A stretch of 63,118 bases of DNA, counting the filler, from Octopus bimaculoides (lineage: Eukaryota): NCBI RefSeq assembly GCF_001194135.2. It is 6 parts of 5 records of this genome, joined end to end, with 100 filler letters (N's around TTAATTAATTAA, not from the genome) between each part and the next. Parts side by side here need not be neighbours in the genome. Positions count along the whole stretch, not along the records: positions 37,685 to 44,744 come from NC_068984.1; positions 44,845 to 49,070 come from NC_068997.1; positions 49,171 to 60,190 come from NC_068982.1; 3 more parts are not named here. One strand, 5' to 3'. Below the pieces are notes generated by a model that saw only the letters and a list, made by a program, of their open reading frames with translations, was not told the DNA's origin and made no database searches. Shown in pieces: positions 39,087 through 52,871 of this stretch (positions are counted from its first letter, which is position 1; the number at the start of each line of letters is the position of its first letter). Both the position numbers and the translations under genes were made by a program.

Positions 39087-39764
39087 AAAATTCATACATT
39101 TACACAATTCCAAATTTCTTGGATGAAAGAATCGCAATTAATATTCTAAATACCATGATTTAGGTCATAGCGTCATTTTTCAGTCAAAATAACTCCCAAT
39201 TACGAATAAAATCCATAAAACTACACAAATTAACATTTTCCCCTCTAATAAAATCTTATTTCCTCTTTCTAATACTTTTACAAATCCTTTCAACTCCTAC
39301 TTTCTCTTATGAACCTTTACGAACGATCCAACAACTAATACAAAAAGAAATGAAGGAGAAACACTGACAGTAAAAGAAAACTATTTCAGTATCAAAACTG
39401 AAACAATCACATTTCGATACTGTAATGACAGATACTTTCACTTTAATGGTTTCATTTTCATACTGAGACTATTACAGTGAAAACATACTCTCACATATAT
39501 ACAAGCATACATACATATATACATACATGCATATATATATCTGCACAAATGTATNNNNNNNNNNNNNNNNNNNNNNNNNNNNNNNNNNNNNNNNNNNNNN
39601 NNNNNNNNNNNNNNNNNNNNNNNNNNNNNNNNNNNNNNNNNNNNNNNNNNNNNNTATATATGTGTATATATATATATATGTGTTAACAACAAACAAGATA
39701 AGGACAAATACCCGTCAAATGTAAATAATGTTCATAATTCCTCATGTCTTGAATATAGAACTGT

Positions 39765-41310
39765 AAGATTTGTGCAGTCTCAGAGTATTGCGAGGTACTG
39801 ATCACAAAATTGGTTAGGTTCAAGTTTAGGGTCCGTAAGAAGATTCATAGTGCAGGTGTATGAGTACCAAAGAAATTTGATGTAGAGCAGCTAAAACAAC
39901 CACAAATTTTGTAGTTGTTTGAGAAGAGATGCAGAAATGTTCATTTTCAAGGTTTATGGCAAGCTTTCTGTAATGGAATATATAAAATTGGATCAGAGGT
40001 GTTAGGTTTTAAGAGGAGACAACACCGAGACTGGTTTGATTCCAATGATACAGTGATAAATGAGCTTTTAGCAACAAAGAGGTTCACTCATGAAAAGCTT
40101 CTTGACCCAAACGTTAAGAACAAAGTGCAACTAGGAAAGTTGTATAAGTCTCAGAAAGCAGACTTGCAAAAAGAACTCAGGAAGCTTAAAAACACTTGGT
40201 GGAGAAATTTGTCTGAAGAAGTACAGGCAGCTTATGATCGGAAAGACATTAAAAGTTTCTATAGTTTATTGCAGCAAGCTTTTGGACTGCAGTTTTTATC
40301 ATCATATGTTCCCTTGAAGTCGAAAGATGGAAATAAGGTTATTAAAGATCCTGGAATAATGAATAGATGGAGAGAATACTTTGCAGATCTTTTCCACAAT
40401 CTGTCTGTAGTGAACATAGACATCATAAACAACACTCCACAGAGATAGTGCAACACATGGATGATACACCTTCCATTGAAGAAGTAAATCTGGCATTATG
40501 TAAACTGAGATTGGGTAAAGCTCCTGGATTGGATGGTATTCCAGTTGAAATTCTGAAAACAGGTGGGGATCATATTTCATCTGAAATTCATAATCTGGTA
40601 ACTTGAGTTTGAAATGAATCTTCTGTGCCACAAGAATGGATAAATGGCATTCTAATCTTTGTATACAAGGGTAAGGGCCCGAAAGCAGTGTGTGGTAACT
40701 CTAGAGGGATAACTGGCACATAGCAGGAAGATACTTTCAAGGATCATGTTAGATCGTCTTGTTAAGAATGTATGTCCACATGTGATTCCTGAAGAACAGT
40801 GTGGTTTCAGACCTGAGTGAGGAACAATGGACATATTTTCTGTGAGACAGGTTCAAGAGAAATGCTTAGAGGAACAAATGCCACTATACCAAGTCTTCAT
40901 AAATTTAACTAAGGCATTTACACAAAACAATTCACAGTGCCTCCCTGTTTACCGTGTCAAACTTGATTGTCCAACACATTTTGTGAGCATTTTTAAAGAA
41001 CAACACAGAAATATGAAAGCTGAGGTAGTCTTTAATGGTGGGCTATCTCATCAATTTTCAGTGGACAACGGTATCAAACAGGGAATACTTATACGAGTAT
41101 TCCTGCCCCTACACTTTATTCCATTTATTTTGCTGCATTACTTTGGCATGCTTTCAAGGATTGCAACAGGGGAATTGGAATCAGATTTCAGTCATCTGGT
41201 CATATTTTTAATTTGACCCGGTTTAACTGCAAAGCAAAGACTTTCAAAATACTTCTCCCACATACATTATTTACTGGAGATATGTTATCCTATCAATCAG
41301 ATGACGGTTT
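39765..41310 (+). mobile_element. Decayed RTE-clade LINE (end of APE endonuclease, linker, RT up to the YADD-equivalent motif)
   Basis: ORF pieces: ...RRQHRDWFDSND...KNTWWRNLSEEVQ...IMNRWREYF; LGKAPGLDGIPVEILK; RGIT..; PEEQCGFRP; RQVQEKCLEEQMPLYQVFINLTKAF; FSVDNGIKQG; GHIFNLTRF...LFTGD. Several stops and frameshifts; truncated at both ends. Confidence 0.92.
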
Positions 41311-43224
41311 ACTTAAAACCTTAATTCTTTATACTCTTCCTCACATTGTACTCCTTGTACTTTTGAAATTTGATGTTAAGAAAAGTGGTACACCAACTAA
41401 TATTGTTTTTATATAAAAATGTTTGCTATGACATATGTACTCAGGACTCACATGGATAAATATTGATGGACTTTATGGCATTGCATGTGTACATTTAAAT
41501 TTATATATATATATATATTTGTGTGTATGTGTGTACACATCTCCATCTGGCATATTTTTAATGTTTGTACCCATGGATAGATAAGTTGATATTGACATAT
41601 TCAATTTTCCTTTCTATTCATCTCACACTACCAAAAAAAAAAACTTTGAAAAGCAATTATTTCCCTACCAAACGTGAGAGGAGTGTAGATTTGCAACTCT
41701 GGTCTTTCTGACCCCTTCCCCACCTCCTTTTTCTACAAAGCTAGTCGTTTCCAATGGATTTGAAGGTCATATTCGTCGATAACACAGGAAAAAAAGTTGT
41801 AAAGAAAACCCTAGGAGGTGGAAAAGTCTTAGATCTCCGACTGCACCCCGTTTTCCAGGGAAAAGTCCTTTGCAACATGCTTGGGGGTCATAATTGATTG
41901 CACAAGGAGCAATGAAAAAAGCGAGGATCTCTAAATACACCACAAACGACTTTGTGGTGGGGAGAAGGGAACCCTTGGACATCCCTCTGCCCTTGGAGTA
42001 TTCTTCACAATTTTTTAAAATATGAAATTAATATACATGTCATATGCATGTTCTTTTTCTCACTTGCTCACTTGCATTTTTGTGCCCAGCATGTAGATAT
42101 GAGTTCTAATGTATCTGCAATCTTGACTAAATTATTTTTATAATCATACACATACATAAACACATGAATCCAGTTGTGTACACACACACACACGCACACT
42201 GCAGATGCTCTTAAATATGAAAATCAATTACAAAATATTAAAAAATGAATATTTATTCTAGGAACTGTTGTAGGATTAACTGGAGCAAAATGTAAAACTG
42301 TGGCACAGTTTCAATTAAGATCTCATTCACTAAAAACAACAGGTCAAGTTAAAAGATCAATATTTTTTATGCAAACACCAATGAAATGGTAGAAGCGTCA
42401 GCACACCAGATTTAATGATTTTCACTTTGAGTTCTAATCTAACCAAAATCGACATAGCTTTTTTCCCCATGTACTCTTATGGTAGTTGTTTTCCCAACTT
42501 CATATCTGATCACATGTAAATCGTGGATTTATCATGCATGCAAATCCCATTTCAGCCAATCAGAACTTATTGTTCATGCGATAAGTTTTAGAATTTTCTT
42601 TCAATGAAGGCCTTATAAGAGAGACCTTTAGTATGAAAAGCCAGGAATTGGGACCCCATTCATTACAGTATCCCAGTGAATTCCTCTCTCTTAGTTGTTT
42701 CCATAGCTTCATACTCAAATCAGCATGATTTTTCCTAATAGTTGTTTTCAGAGATTGATGAAGAGTCAATGCGGCCACTCTTAATTGCAGTGATATTAAA
42801 AAAAAAATCAGCTTAATCAATTATCTGTTGATTTCCAGCATCTGCAAACATGTTGTACATATAAGATTGACTCTGTATTTTCATGAAGCCTTGTAAAAAA
42901 TATTTATACAACTGACACCAAATCTTTGTCCATAACCAATGCTACTCTATCATAAAATAAGTATTAGTAAAATGCTGGAATTGACATAATATAATTCCAT
43001 CCAGCAATTGACATTATGCATAAATTTTAAAAAGTCTGCTGCTCGTAATAAAGTGAAACAGCAACAGTGTTCCAGTTTTCAATTAAAGCAATTAACATTA
43101 CTAGAGAGAACAACCCAATCTCTGTTAGTTTACCATGAGGCTAAGAAATGTCAGTCCAAATTTGTGAGTAGATCGAGTATTAAAAAAATTTCTTTGTTAG
43201 TGCAAATCCTACACAAAACATAAT

Positions 43225-43557
43225 GTTTTGGGAATAAAATGATCTTCAGTATTTTGCAACGTCTTGTACAGCAAGAATGGAGGTCTGTAAACATAGAACT
43301 GACTCAATCATTAGTTTTCAGCATGCCCAAACGAATCATAGACATCTTGAAAAATAGGGGTCACCACTTCAAATACTGAGAGGAAGATGAATGACTGTGT
43401 ATCACACATTATTATTGTTCATATGGTTCAAGTGTGTTATTATTCGTTAATATGCTCATATACGCTCAAACAAATCATCTTTTTGCCTTAGATAGGCATA
43501 TTTATATATTTTTGGTCCAAAATAATGCTTTTGCCAAAATCATTGGCCACAACTGTA
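43225..43557 (+). mobile_element. Tc1-like transposon 3' end (transposase C-terminus plus right TIR)
   Basis: LQRLVQQEWRSVNIELTQSLVFSMPKRIIDILKNRGHHFKY* matches the Tc1 C-terminal W...SMPxR...G..TKY pattern. It ends caaaatcattggccacaactg+TA. Confidence 0.75.
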
Positions 43558-43679
43558 CTTCACCTCATAGAAGTTGTGGATAAGCCTTGTAACGGTTAAA
43601 TACATTCTTTCAAATCAATTTATTGATTTGAATAAATTGGGAATAAAAATGGGAATAAATAATATTGGAAGCCAGAGCA

Positions 43680-44150
43680 TCTGAAAGTGATGAATAGAAG
43701 TATGCATGGCTGACAAGGAATAGGATCTCCACTGCAGAATAAAGAGCTGTTGCAACAGCTCAAAGATGCAACTGGATTATGATCCAGCAGTTCATTATGC
43801 AGATGACCCTACAGTTTCCATTGGTGTGATGACAACTGAGTGCATACACTGTGAAGCAAGGAAGTGGCCTGGATTTACACTTGCACTGTGCTGCAGTGGT
43901 GGAAAGGTTAAACTCCTTGCAATCCCCCAACCTCCAGAGCCATTGAAGAAACTAATGTCATCAACTGACTAAGATTCCAAGCACTTCCAAATCAAAATTA
44001 AACAATACAACACTGCACTACAGATGACATCATTTGGAGCAACAAGAGATTTAACTGAACCAGGATTCATGCAAACTTTCAAGATTCACAGTCTAATTTA
44101 TCATCGGATTGGTTCTCTACTACCTCTGTCAAATGAATCACCAAAATCGG
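43680..44150 (+). mobile_element. Helitron RepHel N-terminal fragment
   Basis: YDPAVHY...SIGVMTTECIHCEARKW...LCCSGGKVKL....PPEPL..L...DSKHF..KIKQYNTALQMTSFGA...TFKIHSLIYHRIGSLLP. This is the zinc-finger plus 'helitron_like_N'-adjacent signature. Confidence 0.88.
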
Positions 44151-44449
44151 CCTTTCATTGTTTATAATCTGCACCTGTTTTTTGGTTACGAAATAAGCTA
44201 CACAAAATGTGTTTTTGAATTACATGTATTTACTTTATATATATATATATATATGAGTTGAAAGTTTTCTTTTAACATTTCAATTAACATCTATGTTCTA
44301 TGCTGGCATGGGTTGGAGAGTTATTAATGTAGAAAGTTGGTATCTCAGCTACTAACAGTTGAGACTTGTGTAATCTAGATGACATTTTAAAATTTCATTA
44401 TTCTCTTTAGCCCAGGCAAGCTGGGTATTTCTGCTAGTGTGTGTGTATA

Positions 44450-44482
<33 letters not shown>

Positions 44483-44522
<40 letters not shown>

Positions 44523-44744
44523 GTTTAACGTCCACTTTCCATGCTAGCATGGGTTGGGTGACTTGACTGAGGACTGGTGAACCAGATGGCTACACCAGGC
44601 TCCAATCTGATTTGGCAGAGTTTTTATAGTTGGATGCCCTTCCTAACGCCAACCGCTCCGAGAGTGTAGTGGGTGCTTTTACATGCCACCAGCACGAAGG
44701 CCAGTCAGGCGGTACTGGCAACAATCACATTCAAAACGGTATAG
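44483..44744 (-). mobile_element. SINE-like element with (GAT)n tail
   Basis: Reverse complement contains gttggcgttaggaagggcatccaac...ccaacccatgctagcatggaaagtggacgttaaacgatgatgat, i.e. a conserved SINE central motif, a LINE-like 3' end and a trinucleotide tail. Confidence 0.7.
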
Positions 44745-44844
44745 NNNNNNNNNNNNNNNNNNNNNNNNNNNNNNNNNNNNNNNNNNNNTTAATTAATTAA
44801 NNNNNNNNNNNNNNNNNNNNNNNNNNNNNNNNNNNNNNNNNNNN

Positions 44845-44949
<105 letters not shown>

Positions 44950-45375
44950 GCGTGCGGATATGTATGCGTGTCCCTGTAGAAGTATGTGTGTGTGTTTTTA
45001 TAAACATGTGTATGTCAATATACATTTATATTTGCATACATGGGGAAGGGTTTTTTCCTTTATATAGGCTTCATGAAATACAGGGCTTTCATCTTTTTTA
45101 TTTTATACTTTTCATATTTTTTTATTAACCTTTTTACAATTCGTTTCATTCAAATGACCTGGGCCGGCCTGAGGCTATGGTAAAAGCTGCCATACAATAG
45201 GATCGAACCCAGGTGCTCAATTTGCAAAAGAAAATTTTTAACCACTGATATCTGCACCCACATGGACATACACACAAACACAACCACTCTCATGTATAGG
45301 TACCATTACATACACTTTCATTCTCAATCTCTAGGACACATATATTATGGTTGTATGTTTACAAGAAAAAGAGTG

Positions 45376-45420
45376 ACAGGGACTTCGAAGTTTCGGCTTG
45401 CTGGCCATCATCGGGCTGTT
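45376..45420 (-). ncRNA. Minimal type I hammerhead ribozyme motif
   Basis: Minus strand: acagc-CCGATGA-t-ggc cagcaa gcc-GAAACTTCGAAGTC-cctgt. 10-nt palindromic helix III (ACTTCGAAGT), GUC triplet, 4-bp helix I. Confidence 0.7.
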
Positions 45421-45565
45421 CGATAAAATCTAAGAAGACAAAATTTCGAAGTCACAATCAGCTCTCTTCTTGTAAAGGAGTAATAAATATGTACTCTACT
45501 AAAGATATTGTGTAATTCTTTAATTTAATGTTAAATTGCGTTCTTTTCGTTTTGTAATTCACATA

Positions 45566-45645
45566 AGGCGGTGAGGTGAGGTGGTAGAATCCTTAATACG
45601 TCAGGCAAAATACATAGCGGTATTTCGTCTGTCTTTATATATGTG

Positions 45646-45721
<76 letters not shown>

Positions 45722-45927
45722 GGTAGCGATTTGACAGAATCGTTAGTACGCTGGGCAAAATGCTTACCGGTATTTTGTCTGTCTATACGTTCTGAGTTCA
45801 AATTCCACCGAGGTCGACTTTGCCTTTCATTCTTTCGTGCCTACAAAATAAGTATCATTTGAACACTGGGGTCGACTAAACCTCTCCCCACAAATTGCTG
45901 GCTTTGTGCCGAAATTTGAAACCAACA
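45566..45927 (+). mobile_element. SINE family B: head (45566-45632), (GT)n, then a second copy (45718-45927)
   Basis: Two gaatc.tta.tacg..ggcaaaat heads; the second continues through gagttcaaattccaccgaggtcgactttgcc and the tail. Confidence 0.85.
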
Positions 45928-46695
45928 TATGTGTGTGTGTGTGTGTGTGTGTATGTGTGTGTGTATGTGTGTGTGTGTGAATACATGCGCATTTATATTA
46001 AAAGTTTCGATATTAGTTTAATTGGCCTATACTCTTATACCTAGTATTTATTGTACTGCATTTTGCCTCAAACTAGTACAACGGACAGCAATGTTTAAAA
46101 CATCGCATTTGTTGACAAATAATCTTCACTTAATATTTCATTGGGAACGGAACAGAAAAGAAGCGTTCCCATCAAGAAAGTTTGTACCATTGTTCCATTT
46201 TATTCAGAATGAAATATATAATAAGGAGTTATTATAAAGATAAAATGAGAAAAACATAGAAAACAACCTTCAAAGCGTTAGTATTATATTTTGTACACAT
46301 GCTAAAATATTTCACTATTCTTCGCAATATATTTTTTCCAATTATATATTCCCACTACGAGAATGAAGAAAATGTCCATTCCCTTCTGGCTGTTCACATA
46401 CTTATAAGAATACATACGTATTTCCATACATACATACATACATACATACATACATACATACATACATACATTTATACATACATACATTTATACATACATA
46501 TACACATGCGCGCATGCATATGAACATAATTATATATACAAAATAAAAAATAAAAATTTACATGAAATATGAATTGTACCGTATGTGTGTGTGTGCACGT
46601 GTGCTTATTTAAAAATATACATACACACACATACATGTATACATGTATGTATTTATGTCTGTATATATATATGTATGTATGCATGCATGTATGAA

Positions 46696-46747
<52 letters not shown>

Positions 46748-47885
46748 GATGAATATATGTATATATATATATGTATATGAAGTATTAACAGTAACTATTT
46801 AGAGAATTAACATTGCTTATATATGTATATGTTTTATATATATNNNNNNNNNNNNNNNNNNNNNNNNNNNNNNNNNNNNNNNNNNNNNNNNNNNNNNNNN
46901 NNNNNNNNNNNNNNNNNNNNNNNNNNNNNNNNNNNNNNNNNNNNNNNNNNNNNNNNNNNNNNNNNNNNNNNNNNNNNNNNNNNNNNNNNNNNNNNNNNNN
47001 NNNNNNNNNNNNNNNNNNNNNNNNNNNNNNNNNNNNNNNNNNNNNNNNNNNNNNNNNNNNNNNNNNNNNNNNNNNNNNNNNNNNNNNNNNNNNNNNNNNN
47101 NNNNNNNNNNNNNNNNNNNNNNNNNNNNNNNNNNNNNNNNNNNNNNNNNNNNNNNNNNNNNNNNNNNNNNNNNNNNNNNNNNNNNNNNNNNNNNNNNNNN
47201 NNNNNNNNNNNNNNNNNNNNNNNNNNNNNNNNNNNNNNNNNNNNNNNNNNNNNNNNNNNNNNNNNNNNNNNNNNNNNNNNNNNNNNNNNNNNNNNNACAC
47301 ACACACACACACACACACACACACATTTATATTCACACATATTTCGCACCTCATATTTCATGCGAAATTTAATGTCTATTCCATTTTTATTTGATATTTC
47401 ATCTTTGATCATTTTTTTCCTCCTTTCGCTCTGTGTGCTAGAACTATTACAGTTGTCTTTTATTTACTTCTTAAACAATATAATAATACAAATTTGTCCA
47501 GGATTAATAAAAATAGTTTTGAATATTTCGAGAGATGAAACGGTGACGAAATACCAAGAAAAGAAATACGTGGATTGTACTGTGTGTATGTATTACTCCT
47601 CAATATAACAAGTGTATAATTTACTACGTGTATTGAATATGGTGATACATACATACATACATACATACATACATACATACGTACGTACATACATACAAAG
47701 AATACTAGTGGATTACAGGGAACAGTGGTGGAACACTAGGAATACTGGTGGAATACCCCAATAGCGATTTCTCAACCACATTTACAAACACCGGGAACTC
47801 TTTTTATTCAAAAAGTCTTGTCACTTTGTTATCGACAGGCTTGGACTCTCCCAAGAAAAACTTAAATAAAACTCAAAGAAAAATC

Positions 47886-47989
<104 letters not shown>

Positions 47990-48312
47990 CAGTGGCCACA
48001 CCAGGTCGTCATCACAGATTTCGCATCAGACACATGCCCGTTCGAAGAATTTCACGTTTTCCCGCAATATTTCTAGCCCCAAATAGCTTTTTATTTTATA
48101 TATATCTAGCACTGTGCCTTTCTCTGTTCCTAAGTTAAGGGTAAAAATAAAGTAACCCTGCAAGACACAACTGATCTTTACACGCAGACGTACAGAATAA
48201 CAATAATCAAATAGCGACAGCGGAGTGCACAACAAACATCAGCGATCTGACTGTCGCCTGTACTCTTGACAAGAGATACCAGCTAGACTTTTACACCGAC
48301 CAGGCTCGTTCG

Positions 48313-48485
48313 TATTAGCCCGAGTTGCGGTATAATTTTTCGTTCCTTTAAGAATATTGTAGAACAGAAACTTTTCATAGATTGGAATTTAAATCCTAAT
48401 CTCTATAGAAATTTATTGTTTCAAGAAAACATTGAATCTGAATTACTTTTAATTTTTACGATTATAGATAACAACTCGGGCTGTA
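48313..48485. mobile_element. Small MITE-like inverted-repeat element
   Basis: tattagcccgagttgcggtataat vs attatagataacaactcgggctgta are imperfect inverted repeats sharing agcccgagttg. Confidence 0.5.
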
Positions 48486-49176
48486 ACTTCTGAGTCCAAG
48501 TCGTGAACGATGTGGAGAAAATGTCTGCTACGAATGATATTTTTTGACACAGGGCACCTCTAGGACGACCGCCAGACGCTGAAAGAAAATAAGTAAACAG
48601 TAACCAGGCTCAATAAAAGGGGGCCTGAGTTGTTGACCGAAATTACATACTTGAAGTCAGCGTTGGAAGAAATTAATTCAGCTTGTAAATACACGTTCAC
48701 TTTACTAAATATATGCGCGGGCTAAGCCCGAACAGCCCGAGTACCGGAGTCGCCACTATACAGACACACACACAAATATACATATATATACATACATACA
48801 CACACGAAACGTCGTACATGATTAACTAACGGCAGGTTTGTTTTGTTTATTTTTCTTCTTTTACCTATGTGAGTCATGAATATTGCTATCAGTTGGAGAC
48901 ATAATTGTAGTAGTAGAATTACTAGTTTAACTGCTATTTCTAAATTTTCGGTATGTTCGTGAAGCAACTTTTACTCATCCCTAAATTATGTTTATAATTA
49001 TAAAAGTTTTACCGATAAAGGTTGTTTTTTTTGCATACCGAACTACATGGCAAAATTGTTAATTATTAATNNNNNNNNNNNNNNNNNNNNNNNNNNNNNN
49101 NNNNNNNNNNNNNNTTAATTAATTAANNNNNNNNNNNNNNNNNNNNNNNNNNNNNNNNNNNNNNNNNNNNTATATT

Positions 49177-49337
49177 ATGGATTTCAATACAGTTTCCGTC
49201 TCCCAGACTCAGTCACAAGTCATTGGTCAGACAAGGCTAAGGTAGGAGACACTTACCCGAGGTGCCGCGCAGAAGAACTGGACCAAAACCACGAGATCGC
49301 TATGCGATCTTCTAAACTACACACCTACACCTACGCT
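49177..49337 (-). mobile_element. Diverged SINE family A
   Basis: cagtttccgtc...gagacacttacccgaggtgccgcgcag aligns to family A. Confidence 0.7.
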
Positions 49338-50270
49338 TATATTTTTTCTTTTCAGTGAATTTTTATTTCCAGACATATTTTTGTGTTAGCCATCGTTGAT
49401 TCCTGAAGTGTTTATGTTATTATTGTTGTTGCTTAGGGCAATGGACAAAATATCATGAGTTCAAATCCTTGCGGGTGTCTGAGTCTATGGTATCGTCATT
49501 CGCCTTCCCCAAATTTAAAGCCGAGTGCCTATGCGAGAAAGAAATTATTATTGCTTTTGTCCACAACCAGATCAATTCTGAATGAGTACATCATTTATCA
49601 AAGGGACTGTAGCCATGGCCATCACGGCCTTTCCTTAGGCATTACATATCTAAACTTACATTATCCAATATATCATTTCCTTTTCAAGTGTTACCTTTTC
49701 GAGCGTTACCTGTTCGAATTAATGTGGATATTGTCTAAGTCTAGATCAATTTAAAACAAGCAGACCTATAATTGAAATCATAATTGTCATGAACATCAGC
49801 ATTTGTCCTCAGCGTAAGGAACATGGGACCAACTAATGCTAAAGTGTGATTTGTGAAAAATTTAGCTGCGATTTGTAACAAATCGAGAGAAAGAAATAGC
49901 TGCTCCTTCACTGGTTTGTGTTGTTAAAATTGTTAGTGGTGGCGGTATCAGTAACAAAGTTTAACGTAGAGTAGAATATCACCTGGTCAAAGATTGTTTA
50001 TTTAACACCTGTTAGCTGAAAGCCAAAAGTGTTTCTTTTAGCTCTTGTTTCCTTTTTATCAGCTGTGACCTGGATATGTTAAATTTTTCGTTCTGTTTTT
50101 TTTTTTTTTAATCGTTTCTTACTTTCTAGGTTTTGTTTTTGTTATTTATTTTCTGCGTTTTGTAAAGAATTTAATTAGAAAACAGCTATAAAGAAAATTG
50201 CATGAGACACAAAGGACACTAGAACAAACTAATACATGCACAACACACAGAATCTCAGTCTGTCTGTCTA

Positions 50271-50302
<32 letters not shown>

Positions 50303-51358
50303 ACACACGCGCGCGCGCGCACACACGCAAATACAATCGGGAGCGCTAAAGATTCAAATGAAAAAAGAAAACATTCGAAACAAAAATATAGGGTTGAGGT
50401 AACCTAACAAACGCAGTATCCAAATAGACATCCCTACAGATATATAGCATACACAAACACATATATATATATATGTTATGCATGTAAGTATGCAGTGTGT
50501 ATATATGTATATATATATATATTCATATATTAATATATATGCATAGACGTATACACCCATGCACACTCAGAGAGACATACACATATACACGTATGTATAT
50601 AGATAGGTATGAATATACGTTTCTATGTATGCATAAGACGGTGGGAGTTATGTAGCTGACAGGAAGGGAAAGGTAAGTAGCAAAAATAAAAGAAAAAGAC
50701 AAAAAGAAGAATATTGTGAGAATATCAGACGTTGAAAATAGAAAGGGAATTATTTTGCTCACATGCATATTTATAGTGTCCTAATTTAGATGTGAACTAT
50801 TGAATTATGTGACCATTACCAATTTGATTACATTAACAGAACAAGTTTCAGGTTCTCACACCAATCGCCAAGTCTTCCTTATCTCCGCTTCTGATATTGT
50901 TTAAAAGCAGCTATGTAAATATTGAACTAAACACACACAAACACACACACATACACAAACTCACACACAAACGCGCACACAAACACACACATATACTCGC
51001 ATCTACACGCACGCACGCACGCTCACAAACACACACGAACACACACGCTTATGTGGCTTATCTCCTAACAAAATCATCCACACTCACCAATTCACATACA
51101 AACAAATCTAATTGTATGTGCATGTACATATATGTATATAAATTGGTATGTATGTATAACACACATACACACGTGCACACAGACACACATACACACACAC
51201 ACACACACACACATATGTATATAAGGCAAGCGTTAAAGTGCGTATATGTGTGCGTACGTTGGGTGATTGTATCTGAACGTATCATAGTTACAGATAAAAT
51301 TCTAATGTGGCATGCACACCAAACCACCCCATACACTCATACACACACATGCGCGCGC

Positions 51359-51393
<35 letters not shown>

Positions 51394-51425
51394 CACACAC
51401 ACATATATGAAGATCTATCTATCTA

Positions 51426-51478
<53 letters not shown>

Positions 51479-51638
51479 ACCCCTAAGGGGTATATGAACC
51501 CCGGTTGAAAACCACTGGATTAGAGGGTTGAGAGTACATGATGGAGAACTAGTACGTCCTAAAAGATCAAGGATGCACAAAAGATAAAACAGACCGATAT
51601 TCTTGTCACACTAGCGGCAGTGAATATGTGCGCGCGCG

Positions 51639-51674
<36 letters not shown>

Positions 51675-51758
51675 CGATGTGTGTGCATAAGAGATTTTGT
51701 GTGTGTGTGTCTGAAAAAGTCTAATGAAAGTGTTCAGTTTGTCAAATATGTATGTATA

Positions 51759-51968
51759 TACGAGGCAGTACTGAACAGTTCCTGGCTTTAAGTGTGTTGC
51801 GAAGGCTCAAACTTCCGAGTTCTTTTCAATGGTTTAGAAAAAATGTAGGACCACTGCAATATGGGAATCTGAAAAGGAAATATGTTGAATAGAATCATAA
51901 TTAACTGATCCTGCTGTATTTTATTATACCCAAAGCCAGGAACTTTAACTTTCCAGCACCACCTTGTA
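51759..51968 (+). mobile_element. Mariner-derived MITE (same family as 16118)
   Basis: TA-cgaggcagtactgaacagttcctggcttt ... aaagccaggaacttt...cagcaccaccttg-TA. The shared interior is ttccgagttctttt, ggaccact, gaaatatgttgaatagaatcataa. Confidence 0.8.
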
Positions 51969-52164
51969 TATATGCATGCATGCTTGTAATTATGCAAACG
52001 ACAGTGATTTGGAAAACCTTCAACGGGTAACATTTATTCATGAATATGTAAGATCCTTTCCTTCTATAGGTGTTTAAATTCTAAAAACAATGAAACATAA
52101 CGAGAAATTTTATGAGCTAATTGTAACTTTTGGAAAATGAAGACAATGCAGTTAATAGAGGCAT

Positions 52165-52210
<46 letters not shown>

Positions 52211-52834
52211 NNNNNNNNNNNNNNNNNNNNNNNNNNNNNNNNNNNNNNNNNNNNNNNNNNNNNNNNNNNNNNNNNNNNNNNNNNNNNNNNNNNNNNNNNN
52301 NNNNNNNNNNNNNNNNNNNNNNNNNNNNNNNNNNNNNNNNNNNNNNNNNNNNNNNNNNNNNNNNNNNNNNNNNNNNNNNNNNNNNNNNNNNNNNNNNNNN
52401 NNNNNNNNNNNNNNNNNNNNNNNNNNNNNNNNNNNNNNNNNNNNNNNNNNNNNNNNNNNNNNNNNNNNNNNNNNNNNNNNNNNNNNNNNNNNNNNNNNNN
52501 NNNNNNNNNNNNNNNNNNNNNNNNNNNNNNNNNNNNNNNNNNNNNNNNNNNNNNNNNNNNNNNNNNNNNNNNNNNNNNNNNNNNNNNNNNNNNNNNNNNN
52601 NNNNNNNNNNNNNNNNNNNNNNNNNNNNNNNNNNNNNNNNNNNNNNNNNNNNNNNNNNNNNNNNNNNNNNNNNNNNNNNNNNNNNNNNNNNNNNNNNNNN
52701 NNNNNNNNNNNNNNNNNNNNNNNNNNNNNNNNNNNNNNNNNNNNNNNNNNNNNNNNNNNNNNNNNNNNNNNNNNNNNNNNNNNNNNNNNNNNNNNNNNNN
52801 NNNNNNNNNNNNNNNNNNNNNNNNNNNNNNNNNN

Positions 52835-52871
<37 letters not shown>

